Shown piece by piece: positions 1 to 9,447 of a stretch of 64,000 bases of DNA (positions are counted from its first letter, which is position 1; every line of letters starts with the position of its first letter). Origin of the DNA: Candidatus Hodarchaeota archaeon (GTDB lineage Archaea > Asgardarchaeota > Lokiarchaeia > Sigyniarchaeales > SOKP01); contig JBHLKM010000010.1 of the NCBI GenBank assembly GCA_048886685.1, forward strand, positions 55,946 to 119,945, written 5' to 3'. The position numbers and the translations under genes are program-made. The notes under the pieces were generated by a model. That model was not told where the DNA came from. It did not search any database and saw only the letters and a list, made by a program, of their open reading frames with translations.

Positions 1-141
1 TAATTCTTCAGGAATATAAGTACAATAATAACCTACAATTTTTTTACCCTTCTTTTGCCAATCTTCGATATAGGGATTAAATATAGATTTGGAAAGAGTA
101 AGAAAAGGATCTTTAAGTAAATTTATAAAAATACACCTCAT
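1..141 (-). CDS. 2-hydroxyacyl-CoA dehydratase family subunit (HgdB/FldC/BcrC-like), N-terminal part, runs off the window
   Basis: Manual translation gives MRCIFINLLKDPFLTLSKSIFNPYIEDWQKKGKKIVGYYCTYIPEEL, with the typical GKKxVGYxCxYxPEE motif. The ATG overlaps the TGA of the upstream gene (ATGA). Not in the ORF track. Confidence 0.75.
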   Translation of the reverse strand, partial: MRCIFINLLKDPFLTLSKSIFNPYIEDWQKKGKKIVGYYCTYIPEEL

Positions 142-626
142 AAACTCTTTTTATATACATTATGCTTTCCAATCATAAGACACCGTGCTAATTTTAATGC
201 AGCAACATAAGAACCTTTTATCTTAGCCTTTCCTGGAAGAATATACTTTAAAAGTTTTATCAAGCCAAATATATTATGTTTTGAACGAATAATATCGCTA
301 ACTACATCAAGAATTTTATCTTGCTTAACATTGATTAGGATAGTTGACACAGGTTTATTAGCTCTCCCCATATAACAATCAAAATTCTCTTTATCAGGTG
401 TAAGGATAAAAGTGATATACCCATCTAAATCTTTTAAGTATAACTCAATTTCTTTACCTTCAAGTTTACCGATTTTCTTAAAAGGAGCCTCCTGCCCAAA
501 TAAATCGACCAGCATCTTAGCTAATCTGACAATATTGAGAATTTTCGTTTCTTTAATTAAATTTTCAGCTTTAATGGTTCGATCATTACTTATTATGCTT
601 TCGATTTGATTTATTATTGCCACCAA
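138..626 (-). CDS. hypothetical protein, SCP2 sterol/lipid-carrier-like fold
   Basis: 162-aa ORF; C-terminal GKAKIKGSYVAALKL resembles the SCP2 GKxKxxG motif; resembles 48497..48892. Confidence 0.5.
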   Translation of the reverse strand: MVAIINQIESIISNDRTIKAENLIKETKILNIVRLAKMLVDLFGQEAPFKKIGKLEGKEIELYLKDLDGYITFILTPDKENFDCYMGRANKPVSTILINVKQDKILDVVSDIIRSKHNIFGLIKLLKYILPGKAKIKGSYVAALKLARCLMIGKHNVYKKSL

Positions 627-750
627 TCATAGAGAATTACAATAATATGTCTTTTTAAGTATATAAAGATTCTTTAAAGACCTTGAGATATTGGTTTAAT
701 TACTTATAAGTCAAATACAAGAAAGAATGTTTTGTATAGCAAAATTATAT

Positions 751-2043
751 CTAATACGGATATAACTCTATTTTACGTCCTTTTTTCACTAATTTTATTA
801 TATTTTCTTCTGATAACTTATCAATGTGATATTTTATAGTAGTACGAGAAAGGTTAAGCAGTCGAGAAATCTCAGAAGAATTTATTCCGGGATTTTCTTC
901 AATAATATTTAATACTTCTGAGGTCGTTTTTGATTTTAAATTGAGATATTTAAGATTATCATCTGTTTCAAATGAAGATAAAATTGGATAATAAATAGTA
1001 TATTGCCCATATTTTTCTTTTTTAATAATATGATTTTTTAATAGCACATCTAAATGCCATTGTAATTGTCCTTTCTGTAGGTCACAGTTTCGTAGCAATT
1101 CGTTATGATGCACTCCCGGATTATTAAGAATTTGATTTAATATTTTTATACGATTTTCATTCTCAAATATATCTGAGAGAGATAAATAAGATTTTCCCCT
1201 TTTAAAATGGTGTTTCCTTAGAAAATAACCTTTATATTCTTTAATCGTAAGTACTTCCATAATGGATAATAATAAAATCGTTGTTATTGAAATAGAAATT
1301 ATAATTATTCCTATAGTAGATTCATCATCACCAAAAACAGGTTCTCTATATGATTCAACTAACCTACCTAGAATAATAGATAATAAAACGAGAGAAATTA
1401 CAATTAAAACAAACTTAACCAAGAAAAAGCGACTATAATTTTTACCCCGCTTACTACTATAGTTTAAATTTCTGTTTAATCTTAAGAATGGAAACATGAA
1501 AGGCACTTCATTTGCATACTCTAAGAAGTTATTACCATATTTAGCTTTTAGGGCAATTTCTTCAATTTTTGCCAAAATTATATAGGCTAATAATTCACCA
1601 ATCCAAATATAAAATATGAGGGTATAACCATTGAAATCACCAATATCAAATTCGAAAATTGGACTAGTTTGAAATGCTATTAATGTCATTCCAAAAGTCA
1701 TAATAATGAAGGCGAGATATTGAGGGTGTCTCAAGTATTTATACGGTCCCGTTTGAATTAACTGCTTTCTATGAGTTAATTGATAAATTAAAGAGTAAAT
1801 GTACATGATGACCCCAAATATTATAAAATAAATAGCGTGATTTTGAAATAGGAATTGTACGTCATATCGTAGAATTCTTGGATTTTGAAAGAAATAAATA
1901 AAGTAGGTAATTAATGGTACACTCATTATACCTTTCCATATAGTAGTACACGGCACATATTGGAATATTGGAATTAAAATTGAAGAAATACTAGTAGAAA
2001 TCGATTCTATTTTACTTTTGATCTTACTTTTCTTAAAATTCAT
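751..2043 (-). CDS. fusion: ICMT/PEMT-family membrane methyltransferase + 2 TM helices + tandem winged-HTH regulator domain
   Basis: LIQTGPYKYLRHPQY and EEIALKAKYGNNFLEYANEVP are ICMT motifs; C-terminal ENENRIKILNQILNNPGVHHNEL...QWHLDVL and IIEENPGINSSEISRLLNLSRTTIKYHIDKL are two wHTH units. Confidence 0.8.
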   Translation of the reverse strand: MNFKKSKIKSKIESISTSISSILIPIFQYVPCTTIWKGIMSVPLITYFIYFFQNPRILRYDVQFLFQNHAIYFIIFGVIMYIYSLIYQLTHRKQLIQTGPYKYLRHPQYLAFIIMTFGMTLIAFQTSPIFEFDIGDFNGYTLIFYIWIGELLAYIILAKIEEIALKAKYGNNFLEYANEVPFMFPFLRLNRNLNYSSKRGKNYSRFFLVKFVLIVISLVLLSIILGRLVESYREPVFGDDESTIGIIIISISITTILLLSIMEVLTIKEYKGYFLRKHHFKRGKSYLSLSDIFENENRIKILNQILNNPGVHHNELLRNCDLQKGQLQWHLDVLLKNHIIKKEKYGQYTIYYPILSSFETDDNLKYLNLKSKTTSEVLNIIEENPGINSSEISRLLNLSRTTIKYHIDKLSEENIIKLVKKGRKIELYPY

Positions 2044-2295
2044 TCTAGATTACCTGAAAACTGGCGTGAGCTATTCTTTTCCAATTTTACTTCTATTTAA
2101 CTTTAAGAATGGAAACATGAAAGGCACTTCATTTGCATATTCTAAGAAGTCATTCCCATATTTAGCTTTTAGGGCAATTTCTTCAATTTTTGCCAAAATT
2201 ATATAGGCTAATAATTCACCAATCCAAATATAAAATATGAGGGTATAACCATCGAAATCACCAATATCAAATTTGAAAATTGGACTAGTTTGAAA
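1482..2295. repeat. near-identical ~190-bp direct repeat (1482-1674 vs 2103-2295) inside the duplicated ICMT genes
   Basis: Compared by eye: offset 621 bp, about 5 mismatches. Confidence 0.9.
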
Positions 2296-2664
2296 AGCAA
2301 CCGATGTTAATCCTAAAGTAATTATAATAAAAGCAAGGTACTGAGGATGCCTAACGTATTTATATGGACCTGTTCGAATTAACTGTCTCCTGTGAGTTAG
2401 TTGATAAATTAGAGCATAAAAATAAAATATAAGGCCGAAAATTACAAAGTAGAATCCAAATGTATCTGTTAAAAAATTATAATCATATTTGAGAATTTTT
2501 GGATTTTGAAAAAAGAAACCTAAATAAGTGATTAATGGGACACTCATGATACCAAACCATATAGCCGTACAAGGCACATATTGGAAGAGTGGAATAATGA
2601 ATGATGAAATACTAGTAGAAATCGAGCTTAATTTAATTTTGATTTTATTTCTTTTTAGACTCAC
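2071..2664 (-). CDS. isoprenylcysteine carboxyl methyltransferase / PEMT family membrane protein
   Basis: LIRTGPYKYVRHPQY...EEIALKAKYG motifs; paralog of the N-terminal half of 751..2043. Confidence 0.8.
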   Translation of the reverse strand: MSLKRNKIKIKLSSISTSISSFIIPLFQYVPCTAIWFGIMSVPLITYLGFFFQNPKILKYDYNFLTDTFGFYFVIFGLIFYFYALIYQLTHRRQLIRTGPYKYVRHPQYLAFIIITLGLTSVAFQTSPIFKFDIGDFDGYTLIFYIWIGELLAYIILAKIEEIALKAKYGNDFLEYANEVPFMFPFLKLNRSKIGKE

Positions 2665-2718
2665 TAATAAAAACCTTTAAAATACTAATTGTACTTATAC
2701 AATAAGAAATAATTTTAT

Positions 2719-2749
2719 TTATAAAGATTTAAGGTGCACTTTTCGAACA
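2719..2749 (-). promoter_or_regulatory. 31-bp promoter/operator element, copy 1 (minus strand TGTTCGAAAAGTGCACCTTAAATCTTTATAA)
   Basis: Identical to 3962-3992; ends in a TATA-like TTTATAA about 55 bp upstream of the 2664 start. Confidence 0.75.
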
Positions 2750-2836
2750 GAAACATCTTTACCTTCATTAACGTGGCTAGCTACATTAAGAAATCACTCA
2801 TTATCAATCTTTAATTTGTAAACATATATAATTATT

Positions 2837-3913
2837 CTATTTTTTATATTTATACATAATAATAATGACTGTTACTAAAGCTGTAATAGTAGCTATGATA
2901 ATAACCAGGATTATGAAATCTGGATTTTGAGATGAATTTACATTTGTAAGTTCGATTAGTTCTAACCCATCATCTAAATCAGTTAAAAACACTATATTAT
3001 TTTCAATAAAGAGATTTCTTGTGTGTCCTCCATCATTAAATCCGCTTATCTTCCAAGGATTAGTGGGATCACTTATGTTAACGATTTCAAGCCCATCATC
3101 ATCGTCTGATAGGAAAGCTAAATCATCTAAAATGAACGTAAAGTATACGTTCCCTCCATTATTGAATGATCCTAAAGTAATCGGATGGAATGGATCGCTC
3201 ACATCTAAGATCTCTAAACCATTTGAACAGTAACTGAGATACGCAATATTCTCTACGACCTTAACACTATACGCACCCTCCCCATTAAAGCATCCTCCGA
3301 TTTCAAAAGGATTGAATGGATCTGAGATGTTGATTATTTCAAGCCCCGCATGATATTCTGCTATATAAGCTAAATCCCCATTAATAAAAACCCCGTTTGG
3401 ATTTCCTCCATCATTGTATTCACCAATTTTAACTGGATGTCTAATATCGCTACAATTAATAATTTCTAGGCCATTTTCTATACTCACTAAATAAACAAGA
3501 TCCCCAGTAGTAAAAACATCAGAAATATGTCCCCCATTATAGAAATCACTTATCTTAGTAGGATTTAATGTATTTGATATATTGACTATTTGCAATCCAC
3601 TAAAACAATTAGCTAAATAAGCGATGTCATTGAGAACATCGATACTGTGAGTTACTCCGAGGTCGAGGTGACCCAACTCGGTTGGATTTCGAGGATCAGA
3701 AACATCAATAATTTGTAACCCCTCTTCAGTTCCTCCGATATAGGCTATTTCATCGATTACAACGACATCCCAGGCGAATACAGTATCGAATTGTCCGATC
3801 TTTTGAGGATATATATTTAAATCAGCGCCTACATTGTAACCGTTTGAAAAAACCATAATAAATATTATAATTATAAGAAGAAATTTCTTTAAGCAAAGTT
3901 TCTTTGAACTCAT
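2837..3913 (-). CDS. LVIVD-repeat (beta-propeller) surface protein with signal peptide and C-terminal TM anchor
   Basis: Repeated GLQIIDVSDP/GLEIINISDP units; hydrophobic N-terminus; C-terminal TM helix followed by KYKK. Confidence 0.9.
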   Translation of the reverse strand: MSSKKLCLKKFLLIIIIFIMVFSNGYNVGADLNIYPQKIGQFDTVFAWDVVVIDEIAYIGGTEEGLQIIDVSDPRNPTELGHLDLGVTHSIDVLNDIAYLANCFSGLQIVNISNTLNPTKISDFYNGGHISDVFTTGDLVYLVSIENGLEIINCSDIRHPVKIGEYNDGGNPNGVFINGDLAYIAEYHAGLEIINISDPFNPFEIGGCFNGEGAYSVKVVENIAYLSYCSNGLEILDVSDPFHPITLGSFNNGGNVYFTFILDDLAFLSDDDDGLEIVNISDPTNPWKISGFNDGGHTRNLFIENNIVFLTDLDDGLELIELTNVNSSQNPDFIILVIIIATITALVTVIIIMYKYKK

Positions 3914-3961
3914 TTTTCATCAATTATCTTTGAAGGTTTATTTTAATTTTTGAAAACATAA

Positions 3962-3992
3962 TTATAAAGATTTAAGGTGCACTTTTCGAACA
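3962..3992 (-). promoter_or_regulatory. 31-bp promoter/operator element, copy 2
   Basis: Identical to 2719-2749; about 49 bp upstream of the LVIVD gene start. Confidence 0.75.
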
Positions 3993-4136
3993 TATTAACA
4001 ATTATGTTTTTTCAAAAGGCTCAAAACTTTTAAAAATTGAATCCTTTCTCAAATACTCCTTCTTAACTTGACAGTGAGAAATTTCTTCATTGTAATAAAT
4101 GCAATTACTACATGTAAAAATATTATTAAAAATAAT

Positions 4137-4943
4137 TTATTCTAGCTCATCTAATCCAAGAGTTTTTATATTTGGGCGTGGTGGAACTCGATAATATATT
4201 TGTCTTGGATATCCGAGGATTATAACTCCCAAAACATGCCAATTTTTACCAACATATTTTTCTCGGAGTTCTTTGTTCGAGTTTAAAACACCATGGGCTA
4301 ATCCTATCCAGCAAGATCCTAACCCCAGAGATTGAGCACATAACATTCCATACGTCAAAGCTATTGTAGAATTCATTGCATCCATTGGATTTCTTGAATG
4401 TATTATCATTACATGAGGGGCATTGTAGAATATAGTATCTATACCCCGTTCTTTAGCTTTAATAAAGTTTTCACTGTACCTTGGATTATTTAAAGCAATT
4501 ATTGCGTCCATGACCACATCTGATAGATTTTTGATTTTATCATCATCTGAAATTATGGTACAATGTAGTGTTCGGATGTTACCTCCTGTTGGGGCATATT
4601 TCATGGTATCTAAAACTTTTTTTAATACTTCTTTTGGAACTTTTTTCTTCTTAAACCCCCTTATTGACCGTTTAGCAATCATAAATTTGTGAATAGTTTC
4701 GTATGAGATTAATTTACTAGGATCTTGAACTTCATCAAAAGATAATAATTCTCCAATATTCTCATACTTAATCGCATCAGACTTACACATTGCAATGCAA
4801 CGTCCACAAGAATCACAAAGATTACTAGGATCTTCAAAAATAATTTTGTTTAGCTCTTTATCACGTCTGAAATATCTTATGCATGCAAAACGACATATTT
4901 GACAATTGTCGCATTTTTCATAATCTATTCCAAGTATTGGCAT
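4137..4943 (-). CDS. nitroreductase family protein with N-terminal 4Fe-4S ferredoxin domain
   Basis: Two CxxCxxCxxxC motifs; KRSIRGF, APTGGN and GLGSCWIG nitroreductase motifs. Confidence 0.9.
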   Translation of the reverse strand: MPILGIDYEKCDNCQICRFACIRYFRRDKELNKIIFEDPSNLCDSCGRCIAMCKSDAIKYENIGELLSFDEVQDPSKLISYETIHKFMIAKRSIRGFKKKKVPKEVLKKVLDTMKYAPTGGNIRTLHCTIISDDDKIKNLSDVVMDAIIALNNPRYSENFIKAKERGIDTIFYNAPHVMIIHSRNPMDAMNSTIALTYGMLCAQSLGLGSCWIGLAHGVLNSNKELREKYVGKNWHVLGVIILGYPRQIYYRVPPRPNIKTLGLDELE

Positions 4944-5023
4944 AATTACCAGCTTTTTCTGATTTTAAATAATTTTTTTACTTTTTAAAAAATAAAGATT
5001 ATTGTTATAATTTAACCTTAAAA

Positions 5024-5995
5024 TTATCTTTTTTTAATTTCAAAATTCACATCTTCAAATTTAGTATGGATTGTGCGATATATTTTAAATTTTCCATCTT
5101 CTACGGCATGATTTATAATTTCATCTATATCTGATTCATTCAAAAACTTCTCCGAAATAATTCTGTCAATCTTTGAATAAATGAGCTCCTTAATTTTATA
5201 TTTAAAACGATTTTTTTTCTTAGTATTAATCAATCCGGATAATTCGACATGCTCTTTATGATCCATTATGTTTTGAATAAGTTCATCAATACCCTCTCCG
5301 TTAATAGCATCTGTCATCGATACGGGAGGTCTCCAGCCACTTTGAAAGGTTGAATCGTCAAGCATCACTTCTATTTGTACAGCAATATCTTCTCCACCTA
5401 AATCTTTTTTATTAATATCATAAATATCCCCAATTTCTATAATTCCTGCTTTTTGCATTTGTATCGCATCGCCATACCCTGGGACTAGAACTATAACAAC
5501 TGAATAGGCTAAATTATAAATATCAAACTCTGCTTGACCAACTCCAACAGTTTCGATAATAATTAAATCCATTCCAAAAGCTTCATATAATAGACTAATG
5601 TCAAAGACAGCTCTTGAAATCCCTCCCTTATATCCTCTGGATGCAAGACTTCTCATAAACACATTTGGGTGTAAAGAGATATTTGTCATCCTGACTCGAT
5701 CTCCTAAAAATGCACCACCACTAAAAGGAGAGGTAGGATCTACACATATAATTCCAATTCGCTTTCCTTCATTCAATAAGGTTTTACAAATTGCTCCAGT
5801 TAAAGTACTTTTTCCAACACCAGGAGAACCAGTAATCCCAATAATATATGAATCATGTTTTATATCTTCAAAATGTCGAAAAATCTCATGAGCTTTATCG
5901 GGTTCATTTTCGATTATTGTAATTAATCTAGCTAAGGCGATTTTATCCCCGTTTCTGAAATTAGTAATTAAGTTTTCTAAATCATATTGCGTCAT
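5024..5995 (-). CDS. meaB: acyl-CoA mutase-associated GTPase MeaB/ArgK
   Basis: GITGSPGVGKST, VDPTSPFSGGAFLGDRVRM, ETVGVGQAE. Confidence 0.95.
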   Translation of the reverse strand: MTQYDLENLITNFRNGDKIALARLITIIENEPDKAHEIFRHFEDIKHDSYIIGITGSPGVGKSTLTGAICKTLLNEGKRIGIICVDPTSPFSGGAFLGDRVRMTNISLHPNVFMRSLASRGYKGGISRAVFDISLLYEAFGMDLIIIETVGVGQAEFDIYNLAYSVVIVLVPGYGDAIQMQKAGIIEIGDIYDINKKDLGGEDIAVQIEVMLDDSTFQSGWRPPVSMTDAINGEGIDELIQNIMDHKEHVELSGLINTKKKNRFKYKIKELIYSKIDRIISEKFLNESDIDEIINHAVEDGKFKIYRTIHTKFEDVNFEIKKR

Positions 5996-6139
5996 AGATT
6001 AAATGCATCCGTAGATTTAACTTAAATTCAATAGACAAAATTAATAACTAAAATTCTACATAGGTTTTTTATTTATTGATTTAAAACCATATCATTTAAC
6101 TAAAATCTACTAGGACGATTTTTTCTCTTAAAACGTCTT

Positions 6140-6973
6140 TTAAGTTATATCCACGCGCTCTTCGAACCTGGCAATCAACTGATCAATACGACTATAATCA
6201 TCTATAGAAATGGAAATTGCTCCGTTAGGGCATACCCTTTCACAACGACCGCATCCCATACAGTTCTCCTGATTAATCATTGTCTTGTTGTTTTTCATTT
6301 TCAATCCGTCATATATACAGAATTTAAAACATTTCCCACAACCTTCACAGAGATCTCTATTTACTCTTACTTCAACACCCTCCATTTTTTTTACAATTTT
6401 TTTATAATCGGATGGGCCATATTTCATTAGACTTACAACGCAGCAGCAAGAGCAACAGTGACAAATAGACATAAATTGATCCTCATACTCTAACACCCTA
6501 TATATAACCGCATCACCTCTCAGTTTTCCTAAATGGGGAACCAACCCATTTTCATATGCCAAACGTTCTCGCTCTAAAGCTTCCTCCTTCGTTGCAATAT
6601 ATGCTCCGGGCCACCTAGATAAATCCATGTTAGCGGCTCCTTTCCCCATCCAAGTACAGCCCAGATGAACATTGTGATTTTCACACTTATTGGCTATACG
6701 GCATGGACAATCCATCAAAACTATGGTCCCCGCCTTATTAATAAAGTATTCTGTGACTTTACGTGGCACTATCTGATCCTCATAAGTGCCCAAAGACAAA
6801 TTTACTGGTATAGGACTACCTGTTTGTTTTTCAAAATCATCATAATGGGCGCGTTTTCTGTATATACGTTTTATTATTGGCAATTTAGCAAACTTGGACA
6901 ATTTCTTCACTTTACTCGCCCACGGGGTGTTCATCTCGATTGGCTTTAAATCTAACTTTTGATTTCTCCTCAA
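6140..6973 (-). CDS. 4Fe-4S binding protein with Cys-rich domain
   Basis: CPCR...C and ICHCCSCCC, plus two C-terminal ferredoxin motifs. Confidence 0.85.
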   Translation of the reverse strand: MRRNQKLDLKPIEMNTPWASKVKKLSKFAKLPIIKRIYRKRAHYDDFEKQTGSPIPVNLSLGTYEDQIVPRKVTEYFINKAGTIVLMDCPCRIANKCENHNVHLGCTWMGKGAANMDLSRWPGAYIATKEEALERERLAYENGLVPHLGKLRGDAVIYRVLEYEDQFMSICHCCSCCCVVSLMKYGPSDYKKIVKKMEGVEVRVNRDLCEGCGKCFKFCIYDGLKMKNNKTMINQENCMGCGRCERVCPNGAISISIDDYSRIDQLIARFEERVDIT

Positions 6974-7179
6974 TTGATCACCTTCAATGACAATTTAAAT
7001 ATTAAATATGTAAATGATTATTAAAGCTTATTAAATAGAGGGAAAATAAAAACTCAAATCTGTTCTCTTTCATGGTTATGTAATCTTTCTTGGCTTGTTG
7101 CTCTATTAGGATCTTAAAGTCTTAAAGGAAATTATTCAAAGGTTCGTTAAAAGAAATTAAAGAAAAAAATGGATTTAAA

Positions 7180-7581
7180 CTATTTTTTTACATTAGTTTT
7201 TATAAATTCTACAATATCCGATGTCATTGACCCTGGACCATAAACATTTGCCACACCCATTTCTCTTAATTTTGGAAAATCTTTTGCAGGGATGACTCCT
7301 CCCAATAAAATCATAATGTTATCAATTACGCCTCGTTCTTTTAATAAATCAATAACTTCTTGAGTATACGCAAAGTGAGCTCCAGAATGAATGCTCAACC
7401 CAATAACATCTACATCTTCTTGGATTGCTGCCTCTACAATTTGTTGAACATTTTGGAAACCTCCGAAAATAAGTTCCATACCAGCATCTCTTATAGCTCT
7501 TGATACGACAATACCTCCGCGCCAATGCCCATCGATGCCAGGTTTTGACATTAGCACTCTAATTTTCTTTTCAGACATCAC
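7180..7581 (-). CDS. acyl-CoA mutase small subunit (cobalamin-binding)
   Basis: DGHWRG (DxHxxG), GLSIHSGAH, GGVIP. Confidence 0.93.
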   Translation of the reverse strand: MMSEKKIRVLMSKPGIDGHWRGGIVVSRAIRDAGMELIFGGFQNVQQIVEAAIQEDVDVIGLSIHSGAHFAYTQEVIDLLKERGVIDNIMILLGGVIPAKDFPKLREMGVANVYGPGSMTSDIVEFIKTNVKK

Positions 7582-7596
7582 ATATACACCTCAAAT

Positions 7597-9273
7597 TTAA
7601 ATTGCTAAAGGAGGTTCCCAAACACCCCAAATTTCTCTATAAATATCACAAATTTCGCCTACGGTGGCTCCTTCTTTTGTAGCTTCCATAACCACTGGCA
7701 TAACATTTTCTTCTTTCTCACATACATTTCGCAATTTATCTAAAATTTTCTCAAGTTTTGCATTATCTCTTCGAGCTTTAAGTTTTTCAATACGTCGAAC
7801 TTCAATGTCAATCGCTTCTTTATTTGTTCTAAATACATCAGTAACAGTGTCATAAGGAACTTCATATTTATTAACACCAAGCATGATCTCATCTCTTGCT
7901 TCAATACGCATCCTTCTCTTATGAAAGGCATCTCTCATTTCCTTATATAAGAATCCAGTTGAGAGTGCTTTATCGATTGTACCAACTTTTTGAATTTTAT
8001 CTATATATTTCCATACACGTTCTTCAACTTCATCGGTTAACCATTCAATAAAATATGAACCTGCGAGTGGATCAATAGTGTTATGAATTCTTGTTTCGTC
8101 CGATATAACTTGTTGAGTCCTTAAGGCAACTAAGGCAGCTTCTTCAGATGGTAAGCAAATAGCCTCGTCATAAGAATTAGTATGTAGTGATTGACATCCA
8201 CCTAAGTTTGCTTCCAAAGCTTGAATTGCTGTTCTTATTATATTTATCTTAGGTAATTGAGCTGTTAAAGAAGATCCTGCAGTTTGGACATGGAATCGAA
8301 AACCAAGGTTTCTCGGATCTTTAGCTTCATATTTATCTTTCATTAATTTGTACCATATTCTCCTTGCAGCTCTGAACTTTGCAATCTCTTCAAAGAAATC
8401 TTTATGTGCTGCTAAGTGAAAAGCAAGGCGACCCACAAAATCATCAACTTTCCATCCTCGGTCAATGAGGTTATCGATATGAGAGCAAGCACTAGCAAAA
8501 ACAAATCCAAGTTCTTGGACAGCATCAATCCCTCCTTCGCGATAATTATATCCTGTAAAATTGATCGGGTGCCACCTAGGAACATTTTTCATAGGAACAG
8601 TCCACTCAATGAAATCACATGCTAAGCGTAGAATGTGATTTGGAGGACAATTTTTATAGGGTATATAACCTACAGTCATGGTTAAAATGTCATTTTGTGT
8701 TGTACCTGTTAATTGGCTTATGTCATATCCTCGCATTTGTGCCATATTAAAGTACATAGCACATACCGGGGCAGAAGTGAATGGTTCAACGACTAATGCT
8801 ACGCTAATTTTGTCAATAGGTATATCTTCAGTTAAAGCAAAAAGACTATCTATGCAATACAGCGGTACTCCTGATGTTCCAACTTCTGGCGCTCCTTCTG
8901 GATTAGTAGGGTCAATCCCGTTAAATGTTAAGGCATCAACCGCTGCGCTAAACCCAGTTTCACCATTTTCATAAAGAAATTTCCATCTTTTATTGGTTTC
9001 TTCAGGAGTTCCATGACCTGAAAAAAGTCTCATTGTCCATAAACGCCCTCTATACATAGAGGGATAAACACCACGTGTATAAGGTGGTACTCCAGGAAAA
9101 CTGATATCACTTAAATATTCTTTATCTTTTATATCTAAAGGTGTATAAAGGTTCTTAATAGGAATCTCAGAGTCAGTTACAAATTTAACATCTCGTTCTT
9201 TCAGACTTTCATAAAGTTTTTCCCACTTTTCTTTTTCTTCTCTAATTTTTTCTAAATAGTTTTTATCAAACAA
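7597..9273 (-). CDS. B12-dependent acyl-CoA mutase large subunit (MCM family, atypical specificity residues)
   Basis: FPGVPPYTRGVYPSMYRGRLWTMR, FFEEIAKFRAARRIW, GGCQSLHTNSYDEA. Confidence 0.93.
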   Translation of the reverse strand: MFDKNYLEKIREEKEKWEKLYESLKERDVKFVTDSEIPIKNLYTPLDIKDKEYLSDISFPGVPPYTRGVYPSMYRGRLWTMRLFSGHGTPEETNKRWKFLYENGETGFSAAVDALTFNGIDPTNPEGAPEVGTSGVPLYCIDSLFALTEDIPIDKISVALVVEPFTSAPVCAMYFNMAQMRGYDISQLTGTTQNDILTMTVGYIPYKNCPPNHILRLACDFIEWTVPMKNVPRWHPINFTGYNYREGGIDAVQELGFVFASACSHIDNLIDRGWKVDDFVGRLAFHLAAHKDFFEEIAKFRAARRIWYKLMKDKYEAKDPRNLGFRFHVQTAGSSLTAQLPKINIIRTAIQALEANLGGCQSLHTNSYDEAICLPSEEAALVALRTQQVISDETRIHNTIDPLAGSYFIEWLTDEVEERVWKYIDKIQKVGTIDKALSTGFLYKEMRDAFHKRRMRIEARDEIMLGVNKYEVPYDTVTDVFRTNKEAIDIEVRRIEKLKARRDNAKLEKILDKLRNVCEKEENVMPVVMEATKEGATVGEICDIYREIWGVWEPPLAI

Positions 9274-9447
9274 TCTTAAATCACGTCAACTTGCTAATTG
9301 ACTTTAAGTAATTTAATAAAAGATGTTTATATTTATTTTTTTAAATTGGATAATCAAGAACAATGAGATATTCATAATAACTCATTAGAGCCCTCATTCT
9401 TCGATTTTTAAATAAATTAAATATTATTTTATCGAAGTTTTTAGATT

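Noticed and set aside
2719-3992. 31-bp repeat as a CRISPR repeat or mobile-element end
   Set aside because: Only two copies 1.2 kb apart, both at promoter position; no cas, transposase or integrase genes.
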